Source: a virus (Duplodnaviria > Caudoviricetes). From it: a DNA stretch of 64,000 bases. A program made the translations under genes and the position numbers. Each line of letters opens with the position of its first letter. Position 1 is the stretch's first letter. Where the stretch lies: IMG/VR virus record IMGVR_UViG_3300028888_000047, positions 64,001 through 128,000 of that record, one strand, 5' to 3'. Under the pieces are notes generated by a model. The model was given only the letters and a program-made list of their open reading frames with translations, did no database searches and had not been told where the DNA came from. Positions 1 through 10,041 of this stretch are shown piece after piece.

Positions 1-71
1 TATTCTATCCCACTTATCCAAATAAACCCAGTAGAGTTTACCACCTACCGTTAAGTCTTCAAACAGTGTTG

Positions 72-830
72 TCATTTTAGTTTCTTTTTGAGAGAATCAA
101 TTTTAGAATACAGTTGCAATATCTTAGTATTTAAGTGAATTCTTTTCATTCGTAGTTTTGAGAGTTTGTCTATATCAACTATGAGATAGCTAAGTTCTCC
201 AAGCCTCATATATTGTTCATCAGTCAATGCGTATGGATATGTTGAAGCATATTTGGTATCACCGGTCGATAATACGAGTTTTCCGTCAACTATTTGCATT
301 GGGGTGAATGTTTGTGCTATAAACTTTACATCGACTTTTACAGCGCCAAAGAAGTTATATAACTCCTCCAGACCCATTGGAATTTGTTTTCCTATGATTT
401 CGTTTAGCTTATTGGCTTTACGCTTATCAACTGGGAACCTAAAGATAGCATATAATGTTGTTTTTTCCAACTGTCTTTTAAGCACATTAAGTTCTTCTTT
501 TGCTTTATCAATCTTATCCTGTACTGACTTGTTCTCGAATACCTTACTATTTAGTTCCTTTCCACAGAAGGGGCAGTATTTGATTTTGATGCAGGCTGCT
601 TTACCTCTATTTGCACCTTGGCCATCGCAATCAAGTCCCATATCTTCATAATAGCAATCAGAGCGTGAGCGATAGTTTCCCCCTGCTGACATCATAAGCA
701 TATTGCCTTTCATTACAAGTGAACTTGCTACCATTACTCCCTGGTATTGGCCATAGTAGACATTCATTGAACTACGATTGTCGTAGTGCATAAGTTGATG
801 GTCTTTATTATTATTGCAATACTGACACAT
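72..830 (-). CDS. hypothetical protein with CxxC pairs and coiled coil
   Basis: 252 aa; MCQYC...KYCPFCG. Confidence 0.7.
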   Translation of the reverse strand: MCQYCNNNKDHQLMHYDNRSSMNVYYGQYQGVMVASSLVMKGNMLMMSAGGNYRSRSDCYYEDMGLDCDGQGANRGKAACIKIKYCPFCGKELNSKVFENKSVQDKIDKAKEELNVLKRQLEKTTLYAIFRFPVDKRKANKLNEIIGKQIPMGLEELYNFFGAVKVDVKFIAQTFTPMQIVDGKLVLSTGDTKYASTYPYALTDEQYMRLGELSYLIVDIDKLSKLRMKRIHLNTKILQLYSKIDSLKKKLK

Positions 831-862
831 AAATTAAAATCCCGCTTTTTTAAGTTTATTCT

Positions 863-1882
863 TTAGCCATTTTCTTTTTCTCTTAGAGTTTGCACATATT
901 CCTTAATGTCTTGCAAGAGTTTCTTCTTATAATTCATATCGAAATATGCCGGTCTTAAACTGTTGTTGAACGGTATATAAGAGAAAACGTATTTCTCAGA
1001 AGCTTCAATATTTTTAATATTCGATTCAACAATGCTAAGAATGTATTTTGCATTTCTCAACTTTGTTCTGATGACAAGTTTGTCCTTGTCGGCATAGTGG
1101 AATAAGAATGGATAGGAACTATTACACTCTTCTTCGATAAGCACTGTGCCATTAGACAGTTTAGCAATATTTGGCTTAATAAAACTTTTAACACTTACAG
1201 TGAAATCCTCGTCAATTTCGTCAACTGAAAGGGTGCTACCGTAACGCTTTGTATCAAGTTTAATGAGAATGTCATTTTCCTTAATTTTACTGGGCCTAAC
1301 TTGTGCTTTAACAAGTTGTGAATAATCGGTCATTTGACAGCCAAACGATTCATGATATACCTTTTTTAGATTGGTAATTTCATGTTCCAAAATCACTTGT
1401 AGTTCTCTATATTCTTTTAGGCACTTTGGAACTAGTGCCTTAAGTTTCTGCAAGCCATTATATGCATATGTTGCGGCATCATCTTTTGAAGAGAACTCCT
1501 TATAGTAGTATGGCGTAGATGCAGCACGTGTCTGTTTACAATAGAACGTGTTTTTCTCAACGATATATCTAGTTTTTCTTGTTTTCTTAGCTTTTTCCTT
1601 ACTTGTAATATATTCTGCATAGGCTTTAGCAAAACGCTTATAGTCGAGGAAACATTTTAACTTACGTTCAAGAGTCATAGTTCTGGCGTTTCCTTCGAAG
1701 CCGCAACAGGTTTTGTATATTACACCATTAATGCTATACATAGTGTATGGGCTTACAGCAGACTTACCTAATATGTCTCCTATGAAGATAGCGCCATTGC
1801 TTGTATTATAACAATAGAATTGGTTAATTCCAATATCTTCTGGAACAGTGTCAAATGTATATGGTTTTACTATTGTATTCAT
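863..1882 (-). CDS. hypothetical protein
   Basis: 339 aa ORF in co-directional array. Confidence 0.7.
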   Translation of the reverse strand: MNTIVKPYTFDTVPEDIGINQFYCYNTSNGAIFIGDILGKSAVSPYTMYSINGVIYKTCCGFEGNARTMTLERKLKCFLDYKRFAKAYAEYITSKEKAKKTRKTRYIVEKNTFYCKQTRAASTPYYYKEFSSKDDAATYAYNGLQKLKALVPKCLKEYRELQVILEHEITNLKKVYHESFGCQMTDYSQLVKAQVRPSKIKENDILIKLDTKRYGSTLSVDEIDEDFTVSVKSFIKPNIAKLSNGTVLIEEECNSSYPFLFHYADKDKLVIRTKLRNAKYILSIVESNIKNIEASEKYVFSYIPFNNSLRPAYFDMNYKKKLLQDIKEYVQTLREKENG

Positions 1883-1895
1883 TTCTTTTTTTTAA

Positions 1896-2132
1896 TTATT
1901 TTAAGCATAATATTATAATATCTACTATGAACATTATTGGCAGCATAAACTTAGCATTGTAAACAGCACTCTTAGCCGTCTCTTCTATTGCGAGTTTTAC
2001 TATTGCCAAACTAGTATAATATCTATATGATGGCTCGTGAGAATAATAATATATCCTCAAAGGTATTCCTGTGACAAAATATCCAATAAAGAATATTATT
2101 GTCGTTATTGTGCCGGTAAAATTTTTTGCCAT
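1896..2132 (-). CDS. small 2-TM membrane protein (paralog of 7291..7536)
   Basis: Two hydrophobic stretches; shared YxxLAIxxxAIxxxA...PIxFIxD.II pattern. Confidence 0.65.
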   Translation of the reverse strand: MAKNFTGTITTIIFFIGYFVTGIPLRIYYYSHEPSYRYYTSLAIVKLAIEETAKSAVYNAKFMLPIMFIVDIIILCLK

Positions 2133-2140
2133 ATTATTAT

Positions 2141-2773
2141 TTATCCGTAATGTATTGTACCATTTGGAAATTGTTTAAAGAATTCATTTACAATTGTTAT
2201 TGCATCTTCTAATGTTATTATTTCTCCTTTTTTATTTTTTATATTATTTCCTTCTTTTATATATTGTTGTAGGAATGTTATTGCTTCTTGTGGGTTATGA
2301 TGTGTAATTCCAGGGTATATTGTAATTATATAGTTATTGTGCCACCCCAATCCTTGTAGAAGGTATGAGCCTTTATTTGTTTTATTATCATAGTCAAATG
2401 AAAGGTCATGTCTTTTAAAGATATTGAATAGATGTTTTTTATTTATCAGTTCATTAGCTTTTTTATATATTTCCAATGCATTCAGGTCATTTATATATTT
2501 TTGTTTTGCTTTTTCATAATATTCTTTTGTTGATATTTTTTTGATATGTTCTATTTCAAGTTGGCATAATGGGTTTAATTCTTTTTCCACATCTGTATAT
2601 TGTTGGTTTAATTCTTTTAATTCTTCTTCACAGCCTTTTTTCCATTGTTCGAATGTTGTATTGCAGATATATGCTTTTTTTAATTGTTTTATATATTTGT
2701 TTATTAACTTAGAGATATGTTGTTTGGGCATATCTCTAATAATATTTCTGAAGTATGTATTTATTTTTTTCAT
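2141..2773 (-). CDS. hypothetical protein
   Basis: 210 aa ORF. Confidence 0.65.
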   Translation of the reverse strand: MKKINTYFRNIIRDMPKQHISKLINKYIKQLKKAYICNTTFEQWKKGCEEELKELNQQYTDVEKELNPLCQLEIEHIKKISTKEYYEKAKQKYINDLNALEIYKKANELINKKHLFNIFKRHDLSFDYDNKTNKGSYLLQGLGWHNNYIITIYPGITHHNPQEAITFLQQYIKEGNNIKNKKGEIITLEDAITIVNEFFKQFPNGTIHYG

Positions 2774-2815
2774 AGTTTTTTATTTAGAAGTTTTATTAGG
2801 CTATTATTATTCCTG

Positions 2816-3295
2816 TCATCGTGGTAGGATGGGATATTTTCTAATAAACTTATTTACTCGTCTATGGTATTTCTTTGAGTTAAAGAAGTATAGAACTTTA
2901 TATTTTTTATCGTAGACGAATCCGAAGTATGGTTTTTCGTGATAAAGTGTCAATCTGCTATCTGTATCTTTAACTGTATATTCGATGATTATTTGTTGGC
3001 TTGTTATGATAGCTTTTGTATGGTCTTCGTTGAATTTGACTGCGAAGTCGGGGTCATTTTCAACTTTTACCATATAATAGTCTCCGCCTAGTACGATAAC
3101 ATCTTTTTCTTTAAGTTCGTCTTCAGAGTAAACGTATCTCATTTCGATGGGATAGTTTTGAAGTTCTGTGTACTGTGCCATGCCAGGGATATGCCTAACC
3201 TTCATTGGTTGTGCTGTAATTGCTGTAGTAAGCATAAGCAGCGTGATAAGTGAAATAAACTTTTTCATAATGTTTTTTATTTTTTCGTAACCCAT
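2816..3295 (-). CDS. putative exported protein
   Basis: MKKFISLITLLMLTTAITA signal-peptide-like segment; real start probably at this internal Met. Confidence 0.6.
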   Translation of the reverse strand: MGYEKIKNIMKKFISLITLLMLTTAITAQPMKVRHIPGMAQYTELQNYPIEMRYVYSEDELKEKDVIVLGGDYYMVKVENDPDFAVKFNEDHTKAIITSQQIIIEYTVKDTDSRLTLYHEKPYFGFVYDKKYKVLYFFNSKKYHRRVNKFIRKYPILPR

Positions 3296-3304
3296 GTTTG
3301 TTTA

Positions 3305-3778
3305 TTATAGTTTTTCAAACTTAATTAATCTATTTGCTGGAAGTTTTTTTATTTCTTCGTTTACCATTAATTTTTCTGAGACTATTTCTCCATTCTCATT
3401 TTCATAATATGTTGTATTTGCTGGGATTGTGCATTTAACAACCACATATGGTAAATTATCTTTTTTTATGTTAATAAAATAATTAATATCCATTTTGGTT
3501 GGCGAATCTATTAAAAGCACCTCATAATTTTTTGTTTTATATATTTTGCGACGAATGCGGCAATTTGCGCTATATGAATGGTATCCGGCGTTAATCATCA
3601 ATTTATCCTCAAAAAGAAGGTGTGCTTTTATTTTGATTTCATAAGTGGTTCCGATGGTATAATCGTGCATATTATAATATGGGCCGCGCAGAACACCACC
3701 TTTTTTTGACATTATCTTATAAACCGTAATCGGTTTATCAGATTTTTTTAAGTTTACTTTTTTACCTATCCAACACAT
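3305..3778 (-). CDS. conserved Bacteroidota-phage hypothetical protein
   Basis: MCW...PITVYK...GYHSY...CTIPANTTYYEN.GEIVS; first gene after promoter at 3808. Confidence 0.7.
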   Translation of the reverse strand: MCWIGKKVNLKKSDKPITVYKIMSKKGGVLRGPYYNMHDYTIGTTYEIKIKAHLLFEDKLMINAGYHSYSANCRIRRKIYKTKNYEVLLIDSPTKMDINYFINIKKDNLPYVVVKCTIPANTTYYENENGEIVSEKLMVNEEIKKLPANRLIKFEKL

Positions 3779-3807
3779 ATTATTTTATTGTTTTATTATT
3801 GATATAG

Positions 3808-3862
3808 CAAAGATAAGCATAATTTTTGTATTATGCAAAATTTTTGTGTTAAATAATGTTAA
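3808..3862 (-). promoter_or_regulatory. repeated early promoter cassette
   Basis: TATCTTTG -7 box; GTTAA on + strand at offsets +40 and +50. Confidence 0.75.
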
Positions 3863-3896
3863 TATGTGGTGGGAAAATAAAAAAAGGATAAGGTTT

Positions 3897-4211
3897 TTAT
3901 TTCCTTATCCTTTGGTTATTGCTTTTTTGTTGTTCTTTTTCTTCTATTGCTTGTATTCTATCGTCTATTGATGTTTTAAAGCTTATCATTTCTCCTTTCA
4001 CGAAGGCTGTTATTCCGAAGTATGCCAATCCTGCTCCGAGGAATGCTATTCCTGCTGATATGATTGGATAGTGTATTGTTAGTGTCACAATAAATGCCAC
4101 GAAATAGAGAATTATTGCAGCGAATGTCAGTGCAGTGCCGTTAACTATTTGCATTTTCTCTCTTATTCCTATTTCTTTCCATTTTCCGCTATATGCTATA
4201 CGTGTTGCCAT
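3897..4211 (-). CDS. 2-TM membrane protein, holin-like
   Basis: Two TM helices, charged C-tail; divergent from 4304; hairpin AAGGATAAGG/CCTTATCCTT at 3' end. Confidence 0.5.
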   Translation of the reverse strand: MATRIAYSGKWKEIGIREKMQIVNGTALTFAAIILYFVAFIVTLTIHYPIISAGIAFLGAGLAYFGITAFVKGEMISFKTSIDDRIQAIEEKEQQKSNNQRIRK

Positions 4212-4303
4212 AGTTGTATTTGTTTTTCTCCTTTTTCTATATATAAATATCTGGTATTTTATATTTATTGTTAAAATAATAATTAATTAGACATATAATA
4301 AAT

Positions 4304-5455
4304 ATGGGTTGGTTTATAAAAAGAAAGCGTGATGGTTATGAATACTACAATAACCCTTCCAATTATGATGAAACATTTAACTATGATTTTCCTGAAAACG
4401 AAAGTAGTGAGGATGAAAAATACGAGGTAAAATATGTAAGTCAAGATGGTTGTACAGCTACTACTGAAGTAACTGTTAAGAGTTGTGAAACTCCTCCTCC
4501 TACTCCTGTTGTTACGTGTAGATTATATGTAGATGTAACAAGTGAAGATGAAGGATATATTAGTTGTGAGGCGGGTTCTTATGATTTACCATTTGAATAT
4601 TCAGCATTTACGTCTACAGATGGTGTTGAAGTATTAACCGAATCAGGGGAAGGTAATGGTACTGTTGTCGTGGGCAGTGGTGGTGAGAATTGTAGCAGTG
4701 AAGACGATAGATATATTAATATCACCAACATTGATAATCCTGACATTGTATTAACTTCCATTATTCCTTATGGTGGCGGAAAAAACATTTTGGATAAATA
4801 TAGTGATTGCGAAATAAATGACTGCTATATTATTCAATCAGGTGGCGGTAGTGACCCTAATATTATAAAGAGTTGTAATGACATTACATTCAAATCTGAC
4901 ATATTTTATAACGCCCAAGGTGTTTATGTGTGGGATGGCACTGGCTCAATAAGAAAAGAAAAAAATTTTGGTAATATTCAACCTATGTTTAGAGGAAATG
5001 TATGTGAATGCGAAGGTGATGCAAAGCTTGAGTTTGTAATAAATTGTACTAATCCTTATTATGGAGAAGATGGAAATTGGTGGATTAATTGCGACTGTTA
5101 TGAAACTCCTGGCCCGCAACAAGGATGCCAAAAAGGAACAAGTGGAACAACTACAGAAACAGGAGCAGAAATTTTTGGAGTAGGTATTCAAGGGACTACA
5201 TTAGTGAAAGAAACCGGAGAGTGTTATCTAGCGGCTTATAACATTACACCTAATAGCGTTGGGTTATATTATGGAGATAATAGAAATGGGATGGTATTTA
5301 ATAATTGTTGTCCGCCTAAGACAGCAACTTGCGAGGATAAGGTTGGAATTAGTTTAACTATGGAATTTAATATTTATAAAAATCAAGAAACCAAAACGGG
5401 TGAAACTATTAAATGCCGTTTTGAGATATACGCTGATTTAAATGAATCTAAATAA
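4304..5455 (+). CDS. Cys/Gly/acidic-rich protein, possible virion-associated late protein
   Basis: 383 aa, opposite strand to neighbours, many Cys, ETPPPTP linker. Confidence 0.6.
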   Translation: MGWFIKRKRDGYEYYNNPSNYDETFNYDFPENESSEDEKYEVKYVSQDGCTATTEVTVKSCETPPPTPVVTCRLYVDVTSEDEGYISCEAGSYDLPFEYSAFTSTDGVEVLTESGEGNGTVVVGSGGENCSSEDDRYINITNIDNPDIVLTSIIPYGGGKNILDKYSDCEINDCYIIQSGGGSDPNIIKSCNDITFKSDIFYNAQGVYVWDGTGSIRKEKNFGNIQPMFRGNVCECEGDAKLEFVINCTNPYYGEDGNWWINCDCYETPGPQQGCQKGTSGTTTETGAEIFGVGIQGTTLVKETGECYLAAYNITPNSVGLYYGDNRNGMVFNNCCPPKTATCEDKVGISLTMEFNIYKNQETKTGETIKCRFEIYADLNESK

Positions 5456-5460
5456 ACAAT

Positions 5461-5495
5461 AAAAGGATGGGGATTATTCCTCATCCTTTTTCTTT
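5461..5495 (+). terminator. intrinsic terminator
   Basis: AAAAGGATGGGGA-TTA-TTCCTCATCCTTTTT after 4304..5455. Confidence 0.7.
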
Positions 5496-5531
5496 CAGAT
5501 ACATTTGTGCTCCTTCTATTATTTTATGGCT

Positions 5532-5586
5532 CAAAGATAATAAAAAAACGTGGAATAACCAAATATTCCACGTTAAATTTTGTTAA
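5532..5586 (-). promoter_or_regulatory. promoter cassette with embedded terminator hairpin
   Basis: AACGTGGAATA/TATTCCACGTT stem, T-tract, TATCTTTG, GTTAA +40/+50. Confidence 0.75.
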
Positions 5587-5908
5587 ATTTATTAATAGTT
5601 TCCTTTAAGCGTTCTAAAGAGGTTTCATTAGCCAATACATCTTCTGCTGTCATACGCCCCACTGAATAAAAAATATCTTCCCACATTTGTGGGTGAGAAG
5701 TTGTTTCCCATGAAAAACTATAATTTATTATATCTCCAAATAACCAGTAATTTGTAACGGGATAAAAAATTGTTTTTAATGTAATTGACTTATATGTAAT
5801 TCTAGAATAGTATTTTCTCTCTGTTAGCCATAAACTATATATTCCTAACTCTTTTAAGAGTCTTTTAAAATTATTAATTTTTTTATTTTCTAATACTCCC
5901 ATCCGCAT
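5573..5908 (-). CDS. RFLKE-family small protein
   Basis: FKRLLKELGIY...FSWETT. Confidence 0.65.
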   Translation of the reverse strand: MRMGVLENKKINNFKRLLKELGIYSLWLTERKYYSRITYKSITLKTIFYPVTNYWLFGDIINYSFSWETTSHPQMWEDIFYSVGRMTAEDVLANETSLERLKETINKFNKI

Positions 5909-6105
5909 AGTGGTTTCTTTCCTTGTTTATATCCTATATCGTCTTCGTCTATATGTTTATTTTTAATCCTCAGGTATTTATTCACTTGTTTTTTAAGCCA
6001 CTTACGTGAATGTGAAAGTTTTCTCCAAGGATTTTTCATATCGCCAGATTTATTCCACCAATATTCAAAGTGTTCTATTTGTTCTCTAGTCAGTGCCATT
6101 TTCAA
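5890..6105 (-). CDS. hypothetical protein
   Basis: 71 aa basic ORF. Confidence 0.55.
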   Translation of the reverse strand: MKMALTREQIEHFEYWWNKSGDMKNPWRKLSHSRKWLKKQVNKYLRIKNKHIDEDDIGYKQGKKPLCGWEY

Positions 6106-6452
6106 GTATATTTAAAGCAACTATATACTTTTTGACCACAATTTATTTCTTTTTTGGCAATCGTTTCATCGCCACAAACTTCTCAATATCCCTTTTAAGT
6201 TCGTGGAAGAATCTTTTTTGTGGTAATTTACAGGAATCAAATACATTGTTTAATTCAACAACCTCTTCATATGACAAATTAAGGATGTCATAATTGTCAT
6301 GCAGCTCATCAAAAAACGCTTTCATGTTTATTTTTTATTTGAATAATTTTGCTCGACTGATTTTTCTTTTGATTGAAGTTCAAAAAGTTCAGAATAGTCT
6401 GTAATTGGCGTGGCAAAGAAATTAACCACATAGTAATGCAAATTATCTTTTT

Positions 6453-6803
6453 TCATGTGTTAATATTATGAGTTTCTTTATCTATATTTAAACGTTTGCC
6501 GATGCCATATTCATTAATTATTTTATAGTCACGATGAAAAGTTGAAATATATTGTCTAAATAATTTAGAGATGGTTTCAGGTAAACAATAATGGCATTTT
6601 GTTCTCAAGAAGTTAGTAAAGTCAACTCTTCCGAAAATATTATCAATTGTTGCTAAATTCTTAAACCAATCTTTCCTATTAACACCGCCAACTAATAACG
6701 GTTTATCTGAGTCTATATATTGTTTCCATTGCCCATAAAGACCCAATTCTTTTAAAAACCTTGATGCTATTTTTTTGCACCTCAATTCTTCTTCATATGT
6801 CAT
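6453..6803 (-). CDS. RFLKE-family small protein
   Basis: SRFLKELGLY. Confidence 0.65.
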   Translation of the reverse strand: MTYEEELRCKKIASRFLKELGLYGQWKQYIDSDKPLLVGGVNRKDWFKNLATIDNIFGRVDFTNFLRTKCHYCLPETISKLFRQYISTFHRDYKIINEYGIGKRLNIDKETHNINT

Positions 6804-7294
6804 GTTTTTTTAATGTATAAAAATTTTGGGTATCTTCCAAGAACAAATAGAGTTACAGGACAAATCCACATTCTTGTTATTATGGTTTTCTTATTTTTGT
6901 TTTTATCAAATACGTATTTGATATTAGTATAGTCTCTTCCATAAGATATTTTATCTAGTTGTGATTTAATGAAAGAGCCTTGATGCGTTTGTCCATCTAT
7001 AATGATGTCTTCTGCGATGAATTCGTCATATACCATATTTTTATATTTTTCCAATGGAGTTCTTGATGCAATTACATCTACTGTTACTTCATTATTACCT
7101 TTAGCATAGTGTTCGCATAATGCATCTGCTCCTGCAACCATTTCAAGATTTCCATGTGAAAAGCCCCAATGAGGAAAGTGGTAATACCACCGTTTAATTG
7201 GACCATCGTGTTCTGCCACAAAAGTTAATCTATAATGTTTTCTTCTTACTATAAGGTTGAATAGCAGAACTAATATTGTATATATTTTATTCAT
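6800..7294 (-). CDS. DUF6717-like protein
   Basis: RWY..FP.W...LEMVAGAD...MWICPVTLFVLG.YP pattern. Confidence 0.55.
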   Translation of the reverse strand: MNKIYTILVLLFNLIVRRKHYRLTFVAEHDGPIKRWYYHFPHWGFSHGNLEMVAGADALCEHYAKGNNEVTVDVIASRTPLEKYKNMVYDEFIAEDIIIDGQTHQGSFIKSQLDKISYGRDYTNIKYVFDKNKNKKTIITRMWICPVTLFVLGRYPKFLYIKKT

Positions 7295-7536
7295 TTAAAC
7301 CAAATTATAATTAAGTCTATTATAAATGTAATAGGGATAAAAACCAAAAGGACTTTATATTGAATTGTTGCTTCGTTTTTAATAGCTTCCATCAATATTG
7401 CCAAATCAGAATATGTTGTATAAAGCCCATTTTCCTTATAGGAACGATACTTAGTAATTACCCCGCTTACGAATGAGCAAAACGCCACCAATATTAGCAA
7501 AATTAAAAACGTAAAATCTTTCATATTATTCATCAA
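7291..7536 (-). CDS. small 2-TM membrane protein
   Basis: Paralog of 1896..2132. Confidence 0.6.
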   Translation of the reverse strand: MMNNMKDFTFLILLILVAFCSFVSGVITKYRSYKENGLYTTYSDLAILMEAIKNEATIQYKVLLVFIPITFIIDLIIIWFK

Positions 7537-7680
7537 TTAATAAAGGTTCTTCAACCCATTGTTCTTTATTGGAACTATAGTTTTTAAATGCAAGAATTGA
7601 CTTTATTAGCGGCACTATTGCAAAAACCAAATATGCTGCACCAATTATGGATAAAATAAAATTACCAGTTTTTTTAGTAC

Positions 7681-8109
7681 TCATGATTCTATTTTTTTCA
7701 ATATGCTTTTGTAACAAATCGTTTTTTGAATTCTTGTGTTATTAGCCACTTCTATAAGGGCATGCGTAACTTCAATTGCCTTTTTAGTTGTTTCTTCACG
7801 AGTTGTAGCTACTACAGAAACACCATAAAAAGAAGACGAATCTACATGGCATGTGTTTGGACCGAATACATCAAACATATGAGGAATAGAAGCGGTATAA
7901 AATCTACATTTGTTATCAAAGCCAATAATTTCATCGATTTCTAACTCGCATATTCCACTTGTATCAGGATATGCTTCAAGTGAAATGGCATCATTTACAA
8001 TTTTGTATGCCTTTTTACAGTTTCCTTTTTTTGTTCCTGTATACGTGTTGAAAATGCTGAAATAATATATTTTGTCTCCTGGTTTTAATTCACCAAATGT
8101 TTTTGCCAT
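7681..8109 (-). CDS. 'F.ELK.GD'-family protein
   Basis: KTFGELKPGDKIY. Confidence 0.65.
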   Translation of the reverse strand: MAKTFGELKPGDKIYYFSIFNTYTGTKKGNCKKAYKIVNDAISLEAYPDTSGICELEIDEIIGFDNKCRFYTASIPHMFDVFGPNTCHVDSSSFYGVSVVATTREETTKKAIEVTHALIEVANNTRIQKTICYKSILKKIES

Positions 8110-8129
8110 AATATAAATTCAATTTTGAG

Positions 8130-8185
8130 CAAAGATAATAAATAATTGGTCAATTGCCAAATAATTTTAGTTAAAAAAAGGTTAA
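8130..8185 (-). promoter_or_regulatory. repeated early promoter cassette
   Basis: TATCTTTG; GTTAA +40/+51. Confidence 0.7.
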
Positions 8186-8610
8186 TCTGCATAAACTGTT
8201 TCGGCAACAACAGATGATTTTCTTGTAATTTCTTCAATATTATGATATGTTTTGCATAGTTGTTTTAATTGAAAGTCTATTTTCTTTCCTGTTTCTTCAA
8301 CTTGTATTATTTTTGATGATATTAATCTTGTCAATATATCCAAACAATCTTTATGTGAGCAAGCATATATTGTAAAGTTAAATAATTCAGCCGGATTCAC
8401 CAATGTTCCCAATCCTCTTACGACATATTCTTCGTCTATCCCTGGGATAATCATTGTCTCGTCGGAAAAATGTATTTCAACGCTTGCTGTGTGTTTATAT
8501 TCTACTCTATTGCTTACGGTTTTTATTTTTATTTCATTATCAACCAATTCAGAGTTTTTAATGAAAGCACAGTATACTCTATCGCCTTCTTTTAAATCAC
8601 TAAATTTCAT
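8182..8610 (-). CDS. 'F.ELK.GD'-family protein with ETVY tail
   Basis: MKFSDLKEGDRVY; ends VVAETVYAD. Confidence 0.65.
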   Translation of the reverse strand: MKFSDLKEGDRVYCAFIKNSELVDNEIKIKTVSNRVEYKHTASVEIHFSDETMIIPGIDEEYVVRGLGTLVNPAELFNFTIYACSHKDCLDILTRLISSKIIQVEETGKKIDFQLKQLCKTYHNIEEITRKSSVVAETVYAD

Positions 8611-8945
8611 ACGTAAATTGTTTCTGTTTTAACCACTTCTTTTTCTTCAAAATCATTATCTGCTATCAACCATAAATCAGAAATTCCTATCATCGAATCA
8701 ACGACTAAAACTGCTGTTTCATATTCTTCTTTTGTGATTTTTTTAGCCTTTTTTATCATACTATTTGCCATCACATTGTTTTTGACATTAACATAGCATG
8801 ATGAAGGATTATACTTACAAATCTTAAGGCTGTTTTCACTCCTAGATTCTTCTACCATTCCATCAAGTGTATCTTTTTCCAAATCGTGGAAAAACAATAC
8901 GATAGAATTACTGTACGATATTTTGTAATAGTTTTTATTATCCAT
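8607..8945 (-). CDS. hypothetical protein with ETIYV tail
   Basis: Likely start MDNKNY at 8945; ends VVKTETIYV. Confidence 0.6.
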   Translation of the reverse strand: MDNKNYYKISYSNSIVLFFHDLEKDTLDGMVEESRSENSLKICKYNPSSCYVNVKNNVMANSMIKKAKKITKEEYETAVLVVDSMIGISDLWLIADNDFEEKEVVKTETIYV

Positions 8946-9028
8946 GTTATTAATTATGTAAAGAACTAACAAATAAAGCAATCATTGATAAAATGAAAAA
9001 TCCCAATATTGGAAACATTAAGCTCATA

Positions 9029-9616
9029 TTAGTCATAGCACCATAAACAATCACCAAAATATTCATCCAAAGAAGGGTAATTCCATAAATTGCGTTTTTT
9101 TGCGTATTCCATTTCTTGTTTCTCAACAGTAGGCTTTTTCTCTTCTTTTGGCTTGTTATGTATTTTGATTACTTCCCGTTTCAGCTCGTTAAAAATATCT
9201 CCGTAGTAATCTTCAATAACAGCTTTTATTGCTTCTTCGTCTGTTTTAGTTTTATGTGCTTTTGCAATTGGGTTGTTTTCCCTAGTAAAGCAGCAATAGA
9301 CCTTTGCTTTATTTTTTTCTACATCAAACGTAGCACCATACAGGCTGTCATCGCTTTTTGTTGACTTATCGAAGCAATAGAAGAATAGCTGTACCGCATT
9401 TCTTTTTTCAACATACTGTGTCCACGATTCCCTGTGCTGTGATATACACCAAGTACTTTCTGCTCCAAGTATTATAGAGTCGTTATAAGACTTTACGTGA
9501 ACAATTGCCCCATATTCATTGTAAACTATTATCTCACTTTCGAGTTTATTTTCTTCAATGCATCGAGCCAATCCTTCTAAGGTCCAATCATAATTCAATT
9601 TATTAAATGGTTTCAT
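9029..9616 (-). CDS. hypothetical protein (paralog of 58968..59507)
   Basis: IV.V.S..D...WCI....W..YV...QLFF pattern shared. Confidence 0.65.
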   Translation of the reverse strand: MKPFNKLNYDWTLEGLARCIEENKLESEIIVYNEYGAIVHVKSYNDSIILGAESTWCISQHRESWTQYVEKRNAVQLFFYCFDKSTKSDDSLYGATFDVEKNKAKVYCCFTRENNPIAKAHKTKTDEEAIKAVIEDYYGDIFNELKREVIKIHNKPKEEKKPTVEKQEMEYAKKRNLWNYPSLDEYFGDCLWCYD

Positions 9617-9618
9617 AA

Positions 9619-9942
9619 TTATTTAAATTTAATTTTGTCCAAGTATTGTCCTTCTACAGTTCCTTTGAAATTATCTATCGTCAGATATTTTCTTTTTTCT
9701 CCTTCATTGTGTGAAGTTATGATTGTGTTATCATCAACTTTTATGAAAAAAGATTTTTCATCTTCGATAATTTCCATCACACCTGTTTGCGAATAGTTCT
9801 TAACGAGAAATGTTTGGCCTTTTATTTTAATTCTATCGCCAATATTTATCTCATCAAGAGTAATTTTTTTATCTTCGCATTTATCAGGAACAGCACAAAT
9901 AATTAAAAAAAACAGAAAAAATAGTATTGCAAAAAGTTCCAT
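9619..9942 (-). CDS. membrane-anchored 'GD'-family protein
   Basis: N-terminal TM; LDEINIGDRI. Confidence 0.55.
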   Translation of the reverse strand: MELFAILFFLFFLIICAVPDKCEDKKITLDEINIGDRIKIKGQTFLVKNYSQTGVMEIIEDEKSFFIKVDDNTIITSHNEGEKRKYLTIDNFKGTVEGQYLDKIKFK

Positions 9943-9966
9943 AAATTAAAAATTTTTATTATACAA

Positions 9967-10021
9967 CAAATATACAAAAAAAACGTGAGATAAACAAATA
10001 TCTCACGTTAAAATTAGTTAA
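9967..10021 (-). promoter_or_regulatory. promoter cassette with embedded terminator hairpin
   Basis: AACGTGAGATA/TATCTCACGTT, T-tract, TATATTTG, GTTAA +40/+50. Confidence 0.8.
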
Positions 10022-10041
10022 ATGGAAATTAAAAAACAAAA

